Assembly: GCF_964213995.1 (NCBI RefSeq)
Contig: NW_027590452.1
Location: 248,001 to 312,000, forward strand
From: Mustelus asterias
Lineage: Eukaryota
Reading direction: 5' to 3'
Length of the DNA: 64,000 nt
Shown: in pieces, positions 1 through 12,277 of the stretch
How positions within the stretch are numbered: position 1 is the first letter of the stretch
Layout: each line of letters begins with the position of its first letter
Translations under genes and position numbers: made by a program
Notes under the pieces: generated by a model
The model's database searches: none
Seen by the model: only the letters and a program-made list of their open reading frames with translations
What the model was told of the DNA's origin: nothing

Positions 1-235
1 CAAGAAGAAATTTGATATAGCTCTTGGGGCTAAAGGGGTCGAGGGATATGGGCGAGGGGGAAGGGGGATCAGGATATTGAATTCCATGATCAGCCATGAT
101 TACGATGATTAGCGGAGAAGGCTCCTGCTTCTAGTTTCTATGTTATGAGTCCGTGAAATATTTCCTGGTGCAGAGTTGAGTGACGACTTATCCCCGGTAT
201 ACTTACAGCACTAACTATTAATTATGTTGAGTCAT

Positions 236-524
236 GGCCATTAGGCTCAACGAGCCTGTCCCGACAACAATCCCACCCAGGCCCTATCCCCGTAACCCAC
301 ATATTAACCTGCTATCCCCTGACACTAAAGGTAATCTTGCGTGGCCAATCCAGCAAACCTGCACAGTTTAGGACTGTGGAAGGAAACTGGAGCACCTGAG
401 GAAACCCACGCAGACACGGGGAGAAAGTGCAAACTCCACAGAGGCAGTGACCCGAGGCTGGAATCGAACCCGTGTCCCTGGGGCTGTGAGGCAGCAATGC
501 TAACCACTGCGCCACCGTGTCACC
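236..524 (-). mobile_element. HE1-like tRNA-derived SINE
   Basis: tRNA-like head (gtggcgcagtggttagcattgctgcctcac...gggttcgattcc) and CR1-like tail. Confidence 0.85.
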
Positions 525-774
525 CATAAATGATTAAATTAGTTTCACTTTTCACCTGAATTAGAAAAAAAGGATCTGCCTTCAGAAAGATTGATGGACT
601 GAGTTCTGAGGAAAGCGAGTTCACCAGTTAATGAGACACAATAACTGGTTATGTGGGAGAGAGCAGAGAGAGAACAAGGAACTTAGAAATACGTTTACGG
701 CCAGGGAAGGAATGTGATTGGAAAGAGCCAGCTATATTAAATCATTAACTAACAGTGATTGCTTCACTGGTTAC

Positions 775-1097
775 GGGGCGGCATGATGCCACAATGGTTA
801 GCGCTGCTGTCTCACAGTGTCAGGGACCCGGGTTCAATTCCGGCTTCGGATCACTTTCTGTATGAAGTTTGCATGTTCTCCCCGTGTCTACGTGGGTCCC
901 CTTCGGCTGCTGCTGATTCCTCCCACAGTCCAAAGATGTGCAGGTTAGGTTGATTGGCCATGCTAAATTGACCCGAGTCTCAGGGGATACGCAGGGTAAA
1001 TACACGGAGTTGCGGGAGTGGGGCCTGGGTGGGATTGTGACCGGTACAGACTCGATGGGGCGAATGGCCTCCTTCTGCACTGTAGGGATTTTATGAT
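775..1097 (+). mobile_element. HE1-like SINE
   Basis: A/B-box head, conserved core, and tail ggcctccttctgcactgtagggatt. Confidence 0.85.
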
Positions 1098-1101
1098 TCG
1101 C

Positions 1102-1228
1102 AGCTGACGTCAGCTCAGGGAGATGAGCCAATCGCAGCACTGAGAAACGCCTCCCAGTTTCCTAATAATAGAAGCTGCCTCTGATCTGAGTTCACTCTGT
1201 GATATAAGACTAGAGGCAGCAACTTATT
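1102..1228 (+). promoter_or_regulatory. Orphan V-gene promoter (CRE, CCAAT, TATA) with no leader or V downstream
   Basis: Palindrome agctgacgtcagct at 1102-1115, ccaat at ~1129 and gatataag at ~1201. Matches the promoter of the V at 45517, but homology stops before the leader. Confidence 0.8.
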
Positions 1229-1242
1229 TTCCTTTCTTCTCT

Positions 1243-1812
1243 AGAACATAGAACAGTACAGCACAGAACAGGCCCTTCGGCCCACGATGTTGTGCCGAGC
1301 TTTATCTGAAACCAAGATCAAGCTATCCCACTCCCTATCATCCTGGTGTGCTCCATGTGCCTATCCAATAACCGCTTAAATGTTCCTAAAGTGTCTGACT
1401 CCACTATCACTGCAGGCAGTCCATTCCACACCCCAACCACTCTCTGTGGAAAGAACCTATCTCTGACATCCTTCCTATATCTCCCATCATGAACCCCATA
1501 GTTATGCCCCTTGTAATAGCTCCATCCACCCGAGGAAATAGTCTTTGAACGTTCACTCTATCTATCCCCTTCATCATTTTATAAACCTCTATTAAGTCTC
1601 CCCTCAGCCTCCTCCGCTCCAGAGAGAACAGCCCTAGCTCCCTCAACCTTTCCTCATAAGACCTACCCTCCAAACCAGGCAGCATCCTGGTAAATCTCCT
1701 CTGCACTCTTTCCAGCGCTTCCACATCCTTCTTATAGTGAGGTGACCAGAACTGCACACAATATTCCAAATGTGGTCTCACCAAGGTCCTGTACAGTTGC
1801 AGCATAACCCCA
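1243..1812 (-). mobile_element. CR1-type LINE, 5'-truncated 3' end
   Basis: ORF2 C-terminus ([19 protein letters not shown]...[13 protein letters not shown]) and ttctatg tail. Confidence 0.9.
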
Positions 1813-1819
1813 CTGACTC

Positions 1820-2142
1820 AAGTCGCGGAAAAGCAGCCAGCATAATTAAGGGCCGCATGCATCCCGACATTCTCTCTTCCACCTTCTGTTGGGAAAAAGA
1901 TACAAAAGCCTGAGGCCACGTACTAACAGACTTAAGAACAGCTTCTTCCATGTTGCCATCAGAGTGTTGAATGGACCAAAGTTGATCTTTCTCTCCATCC
2001 TACCTATGACCGTAGCCATACATGCTGTACTTTCCCCTTTCCTTCTTTAAGTACAATATGTTTATTCGGATAGTGTGCAAGAAACAACACTTTTCACTGT
2101 ATGTTAATACATGTGACAATGATAAATCAAATCAAATCAAAA
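1820..2142 (+). mobile_element. Rex1/Babar-like LINE 3' fragment
   Basis: Similar to the reverse complement of 51590-51870; (aatca)n tail. Confidence 0.55.
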
Positions 2143-3432
2143 ATGCAGTCTCGAGTTACTGAACTTTTCTGAGACTCACAAAGACCAGCGTCTGCAGCAG
2201 TTGTGGGTTGTCAGCAGATGGTAGCATTGTATCATTTGTAGACTCAAGATAAATAAACAGTTTTGAGGTGATTTTCAATATAAATTTAATACCTTGCTTC
2301 CCCAGAAAGCAACAGCATCCGCATCCCTCTCAATAATATCCACAAGGAAATCTGGCCCAAGGATAGGGAATTTAATACTTGATTTATATTCATCCACTCG
2401 CGAATAAATGTGTCTCTTAACTGCTAATTATTTCTTTACATTCACTTTAATTTTTTTGATGAGCTGGCTACTTTTTAAATCCAGATTTTATTAAGTATTA
2501 TTTCATTATAATTGGACACAAATCTAATTTTCTCTGAATTTTCCATTATTGAGTTCTCATGTGTTCCATAGACCCTTCACAACCCTGCCTGTATTCTGTT
2601 CCATCTATATTAAAATGTGTTTGCTTATTTGAAGATTACACTCCGGCACATTTGAGGCCTTAAGTCACTCTGACCTATAACACACACTGCAAAATTCATG
2701 GGCGCATTGGGCTGATTTGCTGTGCAGTTATTTGAGTTCTCAGTGAATTGAAGCAAGTGCGCTGTCGAATGCTGGCACTGGATTTTATTAAATGTCGTCG
2801 CAGCTGCAACATGACTCTGATTGCAACTGAATGGATGTTTCGGGCTAATATTTTATGGACATTGTCGTCTCAGCACACGACAAATGACTCGCAACCGCCC
2901 ACCACCCCTCCCTTCACTTCCTCTTCCCCAATACCAGCCTTCATTAATCGCACATCCACTTCTTCAATTCACCATCACTAGATACAATAGTGAAGATTTC
3001 CCGAACGGGGTTGGGGGCGGCGGCGGGGGGGGTGGGGGGGTGGGGGGGGGGCGGCGCAGGGGGACGTGTGATGTGAGAGATCGGGTGGTGGGGCCGGTAC
3101 CGTGAGGCTGGTAGGGGTGGTGCTGGCAGATATTTTCGTTGTGGGATGAGTGTTGATGTAAAATGCTAAGGTCAGTAACTTCCTCCCGAATTTGACAGGC
3201 GAATATTTTATTCTGGAACTCAATGTGTCCAGCACATGTTAAATCGCTGATTTTAACTGATTCAAATCCAGACAGCTTTGGATCTGAAGTCGTTTCCTTT
3301 TGAATTTCTACAATTGTTGTTCATGGATTTATCGGGATGAATAAAGCAAAATCGACATCAGTGTGTTTCTGATTGCGATGAGTTTCTGTAGCAAAACATC
3401 AGATAAATACATTGTCGTGATAGAATAGCTTA

Positions 3433-5101
3433 TTACTGTTTAATGAATTTCAAAATTCCAGTTACTGGAAACATCACCACATTTTTCAGATCCTCTCTGA
3501 ACTGTGTCTGTGTCACTGCATAGATGCATGTGTTGGTGCAGCAACTCAGGAGTTGGAGCATAAATCCTAATTCCTGAAGAAAATGTGGTAAACGCGACAG
3601 AAATAATTTAAACATGTACAGTCGGTCATAAAAACAATAGAAGAGGAACACTGACCATAACAGGAGAAAATTTCCCGATATTGCAAACAGTATGATGATA
3701 GATTTTCTTCTTTTCTCTATCTCTGGGTCACTTGGACTTTCCCCATTCTTGTGGGTCCGAAGTCTCCTGCGGACTTTACTCAACACTACAATGTATTTAA
3801 CGGTTAAAACGTTGAACAGCACAACCAACACAAAAGGAATAGTCGGGGTTAAAATATAGTGGAGACTTTCAGCTGCTGTCCATGCTGGTGAGGAGGAGAC
3901 ATCAAGATCTACAGAACAGAAATAGGGAGTATTGGAAAGCCAATAGCTATTCTCACACATAAAGTACCAGAAAGTGTTTTTTACAGTGAATACCACACTC
4001 ACTGTTCCTAGAACCACAGTTGCCGTTTCCTCAGTGCAGTATTTTATTTTCAGCTTCTGACAAGTAATGGCCACGAATCGATCAAAGGTAAAAGTGACAG
4101 TGAACCAGACAGAACAGTCAGTGACTGCGTAAAGCAGGACGGCATGGATATTGCACACTTTAACATGATACATGAAGACAAATTGATCTCTGAAACTGAT
4201 GGGAATTTGCCTCAATACGAGGTCGATGATGACGACGAGTAGATCCGCCGCTGACATGGAAATTAGGTAACGTGAGACACATTTGGAAAGTCCACACCTT
4301 CCTCGAGACAGGATAAGAATCGTCAATAAGTTCACTGCAGGGAAGAGAGAGACAATTAACTCATATTTCAGACTGAGAACAGGAGCAGTGATCTGGCAGG
4401 TTTCTGGGGAACAGCTGCAGGATTTTGTTTTACAGAGTCCAGCCTCAGAAAAACATGGATGCACCTGTTCTGCTGAGACTGGGTTCACAGTAGGAAAGCA
4501 TCGCACTGAGGTATCAAGAAACTAAATTTACCAACAGAGCAGATCTCCAATTCCCTGCCTTCTCTTTATTTGTATTTGGGAGTCACAATGGTACCAATGG
4601 GTTTGGACGGAATGTTCCTGGTCTGGGTCACTCTGCTGTGGCTGTGCTGCAGACTGTGCATCTGAAGATATTGCATAAGTTGATTTGGAATTGGCTGTAA
4701 ATCACAAAACTGGAAATTATATATTTTATTTTACTGAGGCAGGACCCTGTAGATATTAAGGCAGGAATAGTGGAAGTGGCCGGTGAAGGTGTGGTGGGAG
4801 TGAGGAGAGGGGGTTGGTAGTGGGGAGGGGGGAGAGTGGGAAATAGAGAGCAACCACCAGGCAAGAGTAGGGAAAATGTCTGCTGGGAAGATAGAGAAAT
4901 TTTCCAATTGCATTAGCACATATGCAACATGAAGTTTGCACATTATAAAATTATTAATTGGGTCTCATGGACAGGTGCAATCAACAGAGTGAAATTTAAC
5001 TCACCAGCTACACCAACTGCAGCGAGGAGTGGGTAGTAAATCCTTTGGATATCGTGAAGTACCCAAGCAACACGAAGCTCAAGTGGAATAATCCAGAACA
5101 T
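3433..5101 (-). CDS. GPR139/GPR142-like class A orphan GPCR, two exons (5101-5005, 4334-3433), 332 aa
   Basis: Exon 1 MFWIIPLELRVAWVLHDIQRIYYPLLAAVGVA has a GTGAGT donor (phase 1) and an upstream in-frame TAA. Exon 2 follows ccctgcag and encodes NLLTILILSRGRCGLSKC, AADLL, DRFVAI, P in TM5 and NTCIY. Seven hydrophobic segments, no disruption. Confidence 0.88.
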
Positions 5102-6134
5102 GGTTTAGTGACTCAGAGATTCAATGATCACTGGTTGTACTGGAGACCACTCTCACTTTTAACACTGATGCGCACAATGAAAACATTCTATATTTACCGA
5201 GTGAGGAAAGTCCCCTGGTGAAACAATTAAATGATGTGCGGAATGACATTAATCACGATCAATGAACAAACATGATGACTTCGGCTTTTATTGCAAAATA
5301 TATGTTTATTGAAAGTCTTTTGCACTCATAGTATAGGAACTGACTGAAGGCAAACAGATTTGTCCAGCAGTTTGGTGAAAAAAGATGAATATTGATTAAC
5401 ACTATGTACTGAACTGAAGTGAATTAAAGGAGTTACGAATATTTCTATCACATAATGTCAGTCTACAATTTCAGAATTTGAATGAAATTGTAATCATGAA
5501 ATTAGTGCAGATTCGGGATTCTTCTGTTCATGCAAGAGAGGTGCCAGAAGCAGGATGATTGGAAACATCGCACTGCTGCTATTCAGCAAGAAACAGTTTA
5601 AAATCAATAAGACAGACATTTACCCTCAAGTTGTTCACAGATAATATTTTATGGAGATTACTCCGAGAGAGGGGTAAATCACGTGTCCAAACTACTTTCG
5701 GAAACACATGTACAATTTCTGGTATCTTTGGAGATGAGTGAGGATGTGTCCTGTATCATTCATTCAAACTTTCATCTTCTTCCTTATGCCATGTTCCTTG
5801 CAGTCTGTGTGGAAGCTATTCCCTCGATCTTGAACTGTTGCATTCTCGAAATGTCTTGGACTTTCAACTAACTTATTCTGGTAATATTCAAAGCCTTCGA
5901 TTACTTTTGATTGGTAGATTGAAAAAAAAAAGTATCAGTCCAGAGTTTTTGTAAAACTGGCAATAAAATATTATTTAATCTGAAATAGACCCGATATAAT
6001 GTATAAGTATAAGTACCCTTTCAGTTTGCAAACCTCAGCTGATCGTGTGGCGCCGGACACAACAGCGACAAATGGAGCTAGTAGCTCCTTTTAATACCAC
6101 ACTCTCACAAGTGACCCGAGGCTTTGACGGTTGC

Positions 6135-6415
6135 AGCACTGTAGATGGAGAACCCATATTAGAAATAATGTATATACTCCTGCGTCTCGTTATTTTAAGG
6201 GAAATATAATTGCAATCGAGGCGGTCCAGTTCAGATTTTCCAGATGATTAACAGGAATCGGTGGGTTTCCTTTTGGAGATGGTTGGCCAGGTTCTCCCTG
6301 CACAACCACTAAACCTCCTCACGCCTGGACTAGTGCTGTATGTACATTCAGCATCAGCAATTGAGCTCCAACTTCTATCAGTCACCTCTCCCCACTCCAA
6401 CTCTGTAGAGAACTA
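6135..6415 (-). pseudogene. Possible highly degenerate V relic
   Basis: Frameshifted fragments L-N-C-T-Y-S-T-S, W..VQGEPGQP and SLKIT, plus a heptamer-like tacagtg; no nonamer. Confidence 0.3.
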
Positions 6416-7775
6416 CAGAACCTTTGCCTCTCTTAATAAACCGCCCCACATCAACATCGTCCTCATACTCCTATCTTTTCCGCCTCTCTCTCATTCTGTT
6501 TTTCATCGGCCAGATTGTGGAGAGCCAAAGGGAGAGAGAAAAATCCACACTCAGTCCTTCAATAAATTGCAATCAAAACGTTTCCTGCACATTCCACTCG
6601 TCCCATCAGTTGACTGCGAAGTCTAAAACTGCCAGCGTTGTCAGAGAATACAGATTGAAAGATGACCACTTTCATTTGGCGAGTGGTTAACACTGAGGTT
6701 GAGTCTCTTTGACGACAAGAAGATATGGATGGAATGTTCAAATGGGCCGGTAAGTTGCAGATGGAATTTAACCCTGAAAAGAGTGGTGATTAAATTTAGA
6801 AGGAATAATTTGACAACGAAGTATTCAACGAATGGCATGAAATTGGAAGTTCTGTAGAACAAAGGGGGCTTGTCGTGTTCCCCATGTTGAAATTGATGAA
6901 ATGCTGAGTAAATTGTGTTATAATTCTCTGGAGTCAGACGAAAGACATGAGATTGTTTCCCATTGTCTTTCCATCCCTTTATCTTTATTACTTAGCCTGA
7001 AAATTCCTGTGTTGCAGCGTTTGCTTCCCTCACGGGATCTCCATCTAAATCCTCAGTTGTTCAATCCGTGTACAGTTCTATTTACAATCGCAACCCGAGG
7101 AAATCTACCCGTCAGAACGAAAAGTTCAGCGTCAACAGGTCAAGCGCGTGGTAATAAGATTAAGGTTCTTGAGAAGTCGTCACAAACTGGTATAAAAATA
7201 AATAACATTTAACATGAGCGAGTTAATCCGATCAAATGAAACCGCAGACATCTGAGGCCTCTGGGTTTGTACTTATAAACGTTAATAAGATTAAATATAC
7301 TCTTTCACTATTATCGTTAATTTACTCTGACTAAAATGATTGAATTCTGACAGACGCACCGATAGATATCGTAATTAATACTATCCTGATGGCAAGGGAA
7401 ACATGGTCTATTGCAATATGAAGACAGGCTCTGGTGTCATATAAAGAGCTGATCTCCGGTTGGAAGGAAAGAGAGTTAAACCGAGAAAGAGACAGAATGA
7501 CTGAGAATGTGACAGAGAGCAAGAGGGTGAGAAAGACGCACTCAGCCTGGGCTACAATTTGATTGGAGAAAGCCAGCCGCACTTCGTCGTCAACTAACAG
7601 TGATTGATCCAAAGCTAACATCATCTCAGGCAGACTAACCAATCGCAGCACTGAGAAACGCCCCCCAGTTTCCCAATAATTGCAGTTGCCTCTGATCTGA
7701 GTTGACTCTGTGATATAAACTAGAAGCAGCAACATCGTTTAAACAGTGTGGCTGTTTACTGTCCAATCAGGAACC

Positions 7776-8214
7776 ATGTGTTCCCTGTGTGCTTTACTGA
7801 TAATAATGGTCATGCTGCCCGGTGAGTCTGAGCTCAAATCCTCAGTGTGTGTTTCATGGGTTATATTCACTCAGATTTCTCACACATTCTATATGTTGTT
7901 ACAGGAACCAATGGCCAAGATTCAGTTTCCCAGGACCTGCCCGAATTCACGGCCCAGGAAGGGCAGACGGTAATATTGAACTGCAACTACACAACAAAAT
8001 ACACGACTGGCGAGACTCTCTTCTGGTACATTCAACATCCCGGGGACGCTCCGAGATATTTACTGAAGAAATACGGCAAGGGACAGGGGGAAAAGTCTCC
8101 AGATTTCCCTGACCGGTTTTCGGCTGAATTGGACAAAGACAAGAGAACAGTTCCTTTAACAATCACCGGGGTCCATGTCTCTGACTCTGCCGTGTATCAC
8201 TGTGCGCTGAGCCC
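7776..8214 (+). CDS. TCR alpha/delta V segment, potentially functional (leader 7776-7821, V exon 7905-8214)
   Basis: MCSLCALLIIMVMLP|GT...AG|; Cys23 (LNC), WYIQ, AVYHCALS. RSS cacactg(8215)-23-acaaaaacc(8245-8253). Confidence 0.93.
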
Positions 8215-8798
8215 CACACTGTTACAGAGGCACAGTCAACCCGTACAAAAACCGGCAAAGGCACTCTCACCTCCTCTCACTGAATCAGATCTGTGAGCTG
8301 GATTGTGGATTTGTAATTGAACCCAAATCATATGAAGACCAGCTTGGCTGGTCTTTAAGTCCCCTTGAAACACAAGGGGAAACAATTATATTTGCAAAAG
8401 TAAATCGAGAAACAATATTTCCAACATATTATTGATCACGCATTTATCATACATAACTTTAAAATGAGGGCAAACCTCATTTTAAAATCATGCCTTTATT
8501 GGTGAAGTTAAACTTTAACCACTTTTATAAATGACAGTTACTGCAGTAAAGCAGTGTCCTGTTTTTTGGACAATTGATTTGTTCACACGTGACCCGGAAG
8601 AGAAGCAGCTTCGGATCAACAACCACATCCTGATACCGGAAGCACGGAGTCTGATTCCAGCCAATCAGATTGCAGAAAACCCAAGTGTCTGAAACTTTAT
8701 CTGGTGCATATGTTGAGACGTTGATTCAATCCATGGTCTTCTGCTGTGAGCTGTGCTCCGTATTCTTACTGACATTGTTATTATATCACACGGTGCAA

Positions 8799-9208
8799 AT
8801 GAAACTGTTCCTTATCATTCTGGTGGTGTTAACTTGTAAGCGCAGGATATTTATTTGTGGAGCTATTTATTTATAATAATTTTGCTCCAGTGTCTCACTG
8901 TATGAATGTTTTTTTATAGATCGGTGTCGCTCGGACCAAGTTTCACAAACTCCCACAGCGAGAACAGTCCAGAGCGGGGATTCGGCGCTGATAAACTGCA
9001 GTTATGAGATGTCCAGCATTTATGGAATGTATTGGTACAGACAAAAACCCGGTCAGAGACTCGAGTGGATAATAAGCAGATTATCGAATGGCAAAGAGAG
9101 AAAAGACCGGTTCGAATTGGAACTTTCCACTGCGGGCAAACGGGGCCAGTTGTTTATTGGAAACACGGAGAGCGCGGATGCCGCTCTGTATTACTGTGCG
9201 ATACAGCC
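8799..9208 (+). CDS. TCR alpha-type V segment, potentially functional (leader 8799-8835, V exon 8920-9208)
   Basis: MKLFLIILVVLT|gtaag; INC, WYRQKPG, DAALYYCAIQ. RSS cacactg(9209)-23-acaaaaacc(9239-9247). Confidence 0.93.
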
Positions 9209-9544
9209 CACACTGAGAGGAAAGACGCTCGTCACTGTACAAAAACCTCACGCCTGTTTTCAGTTGCTGCAGCAATCCTACAAATAGCAGACTGCAGGCA
9301 ATAGCTGCCAGAACTAGAGCAGGAAATGGAGCAGGTGAGCGGGGTTGCCCGGGGATTTGCAATTCCTGACAGCGACTTCGCTTTGCTCAGACATATCGAC
9401 ACTCATGATGTAACTAATCCGATTGAAGAAACAGTCGCTCAGTGAGTGTGGGCTTTATGGTGAGGAAATCACCCGCATTCTTTAATTTAAGCATGATAGT
9501 CCGCTGTCTCGAATCAGACATTTGGTTTATGCACAAATACAGAA

Positions 9545-10312
9545 AGACCTGGACAATATTCAGGTTTGGACTGATAAGTGGAAGCAACGTTCAGGTCACA
9601 CAGGTTCCAGGCAATGACCGTCTCCAAAAGAAGAGGATCTGTCGAACTTTCCTTGATATTCAAAGGCATTACCATCGCTGAATCCTCCCCCCTGCTCCCC
9701 CCCTTCCTGTCCCCCACCCCCAACAACATCCTGGGAGTTGACCGAAAGCTGAACTGGACCGAGGAATATGAATACCGTGGCTACCGGAGCAGATCAAAGG
9801 TTAGGAATCCTGTGGCGAGTAACTCGCCTCGTGACTCCCCAAAGCCTGTCCACCATCTACAAGATACAAGTCAGGGGTGTAAATGGAATGCTCCCTACTT
9901 GCTGGATCAGTGTCGCTCCAACAACACTCATTAAGCTCGACAAGATACAGGACAGGGCAGTCCGCGTGATTGCGACCCATTCAATAAACACCCATTCCTG
10001 TCACCACCGACGAACAGTGGCAGCTGAGTGCAACACCTCCGGATATACAGCAGCAACTCAACAAGGATTTTTAGGCAGCACAATCCGAACACACGGCCAC
10101 TGCCATGTAGGAGGACAAGGGCAGCATTCACATGGGAACACCACAACCTAGAGGTTCCCTTCCAATTTATTCCATATCCTTACTTTGCAATATACCGCTG
10201 TTCCTTCACGGTCAATGGGTCAACACCCCAGACTCCCACACTAACAGCACGATTGGTGTACCTGCATCTTGGGACCGCAACGCTTCAAGAAGGCAGCTCA
10301 CTGCCACACAAT
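9545..10312 (+). mobile_element. Degenerate non-LTR retrotransposon 3' relic
   Basis: RT C-terminal-like text (QRLGILWRV..LSTIYKIQVR..KLDKIQDRAVRVI), frameshifted. Confidence 0.65.
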
Positions 10313-10355
10313 ACACCAGTGTCAGCTGTGAGTTTCGATATCTTCGTGTTGCTGG

Positions 10356-10790
10356 ATGAGCCTGTGTCCCGGATTTACAATAACAGTCCTGTTGCTGGGT
10401 AAGTCTCTGTGTCCCGGATTTACAATAACAGTCCTGTTGCTGGGTAAGTCTCTGTGTCCCGGATTTACAATAGTCCTGTTGCTGGGTAAGTCTCTGTGGC
10501 AGTTATTCTACATCTCATTTGTTAAATACGACAACAGATTTTGATCCGCTTTGCATTTCGTTACAGGGGCGAGTGCCGAGGAGTCGGTGTCCGTGGGCTC
10601 ATTAGAGTTAACGATGCTGAAAGAACAGCCTGTAATTTTCTGCCAAACTAACTCCACTTCTGAGTCCATCCTCAGCTGACGTTTTTTGTTTACTACATAA
10701 ATTGCGGCCTGGAGATTAACGTCTCGATTTCCCAAACCGCTTCTCTGCCGATCTCAATCAGGACAAAATACCCGGTAAATAAACCTGACT
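10356..10790 (+). pseudogene. V pseudogene with triplicated leader exon; V exon (from 10567) degenerate and 3'-truncated
   Basis: MSLCPGFTITVLLL G|gtaagt; acceptor ttacag at 10566; GASAEESVS..LELTMLKEQPVIFC, then stops and deletions; FR3 remnant LDFPNRFSADLNQDK; no RSS. Confidence 0.75.
10362..10498 (+). repeat. 3 x 45-bp tandem repeat of leader exon plus splice donor
   Basis: Unit ctgtgtcccggatttacaataacagtcctgttgctgggtaagtct; the third copy lacks 3 nt. Confidence 0.95.
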
Positions 10791-10898
10791 GCCTTCGTGA
10801 ACCCGGGAACAAAGCATTCGCGCAGAAGCAAACCCAGTGGAGCTGCAAATACTCGCTGAGGTTTTTGTAAGGCGTTTTAACTGTAATCTAACGCTGTG

Positions 10899-11389
10899 CC
10901 TCACTGCACAGTAATAGACCGCCCTGTCCTCCACATTGAGGGCGCTGATATTGAGGTAACCATTCTGCTTAGACTTGTCAGCAGCCGCCAGATATCGTCC
11001 AGCAACTTCATCTTCCTTCGTTGTTAATATTTTGGAAATAATCCATGTCGGTGGCTGTGCTGGTTTCTGCTGATACCATTGCATGGAGACCATATTCCTG
11101 TCTGTATAGTTACAATCCAACTGCACCGAACCCCCTTCTGATGCGGTTATTGTCACCGGTGACTGAGTTACTGGATCTGCGCACAGTCCGCCTGCGAAGG
11201 TAGAGGAATGAAATATCAAGAGTTAATGTAAACGTGTTTGTATCTGCGATAGTTTGTGGAACCTCCATTCTGTGCATTACATGGATATTTCAGATGGTTA
11301 ATTAAGTTGCCATCAATATGTTTATCTGGTTTGATGAACGTTTTCCAGTACTTACTGTGCAAGAGCGCCGCCAGTATGAGCAGAAACAT
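10899..11389 (-). CDS. TCR alpha-type V segment, potentially functional (leader 11389-11356, V exon 11191-10899)
   Basis: MFLLILAALLH|gtaagt; DPVTQSP, LDC, WYQQKP, AVYYCAVR. RSS cacagcg(10898-10892)-23-acaaaaacc(10868-10860); tgatgtca upstream at ~11512. Confidence 0.93.
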
Positions 11390-11974
11390 GTCTGAGTGAA
11401 TCCCCCTCAGTGACTGGGAATGGAATGAGTCAGAGACTGAGAAGGAGAGAGGAACCTGGGCTCTGTTCAGCTGATTGCAGTGAGTGTGTGTGTGGGGGGG
11501 GGGGTCTATTGTGACATCACAAGCCTTCCATCCATACAGCTTTCAGTTATAACATCACGTGTGTTTGTGGCGCTCGGGCTTCAATTTGGGGCCGTCAATT
11601 GGCCAATGTATATTTCATTGCACGCTGGGATTTTCCTGTTGAGTTGATTCAGGGTTGACATCCACCAAGATACAAATGCTGCTCAGATATCTACATTGGA
11701 GCTCTTTAGATACTGACTTCGTTACTGTTGATATGCATTTGGGAAAAGGGTGCGGAATCTGCGGAAATCATTGCTGGAGTTCTCTGTTCAAATCCTGGGG
11801 ACGACGAAGTCGAGAGAACGCCAAGTCTTTGGAGTAAATGCGGAGGTTATAAATCAGAATAGCGCCAGGGATTAACAGGCTAATTTAGTTTCTTTATTCT
11901 ATAAGCAAGAAGATACAAAAGCGACTTAATTGATTTGTTCAGAATGTTCCCCTCTTCAGGGAGTAAAACGTCGA

Positions 11975-12062
11975 GTTCCAGATACATTGTAAGTCACCGC
12001 TTCTCCTTCTGTCTGGACTGCTGAGGACATCGGCTGAGTGACAGAATCTCCATGACCCAGAT
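11975..12062 (-). pseudogene. 5' fragment of a V exon
   Basis: LGHGDSVTQPMSSAVQTEGEAVT is homologous to the V at 38713; acceptor AG changed to AT; truncated after FR1. Confidence 0.7.
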
Positions 12063-12243
12063 ATGGAAAAAGGTTCTCTTTGTCTGGCGGAGGTGAACTC
12101 ATAGCAAAAAAGATTCTCCACCCCAGGTGCAGACTAAAATTTGAACAAAGGACATAAAGACGATCGTGGTAGAATTCACGACCGGAAATTGTTGAACACA
12201 AACTTGAGTCCCGAAGACTCACAGGTGGTCGAAAGTTGCACTT

Positions 12244-12277
12244 TGCAGTTCCATGTCACCCCCATCAGAGGGCAGTG
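12244..12277 (+). promoter_or_regulatory. CTCF-binding motif with upstream module
   Basis: tgcagttcc...ccatcagagggcagtg. Confidence 0.6.

Larger units (their letters stand above)
1..1228. repeat. Inverted duplicate of 45555-46780 (V upstream region with two SINEs and a LINE 3' end); probably continues left of the window
   Basis: Near-identical reverse complement, e.g. caagaagaaa at 1 vs tttcttcttg at 46771-46780, and gcagcaacttatt at ~1228 vs aataagttgctgc at 45555. The ORF track has matching mirror ORFs (820..1140- vs 45643..45963+). Confidence 0.95.

Noticed and set aside
3007-3064. Poly-G tract
   Set aside because: Simple low-complexity run with no further support for function.
4335-4506. 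N-terminal 57 aa of the 357-aa ORF in the ORF track
   Set aside because: Intronic read-through. A canonical acceptor precedes 4334 and a proper exon 1 lies at 5101-5005.
10362-10498. CRISPR-like repeat appearance
   Set aside because: Head-to-tail repeats with no spacers, in a vertebrate genome; explained as a leader triplication.
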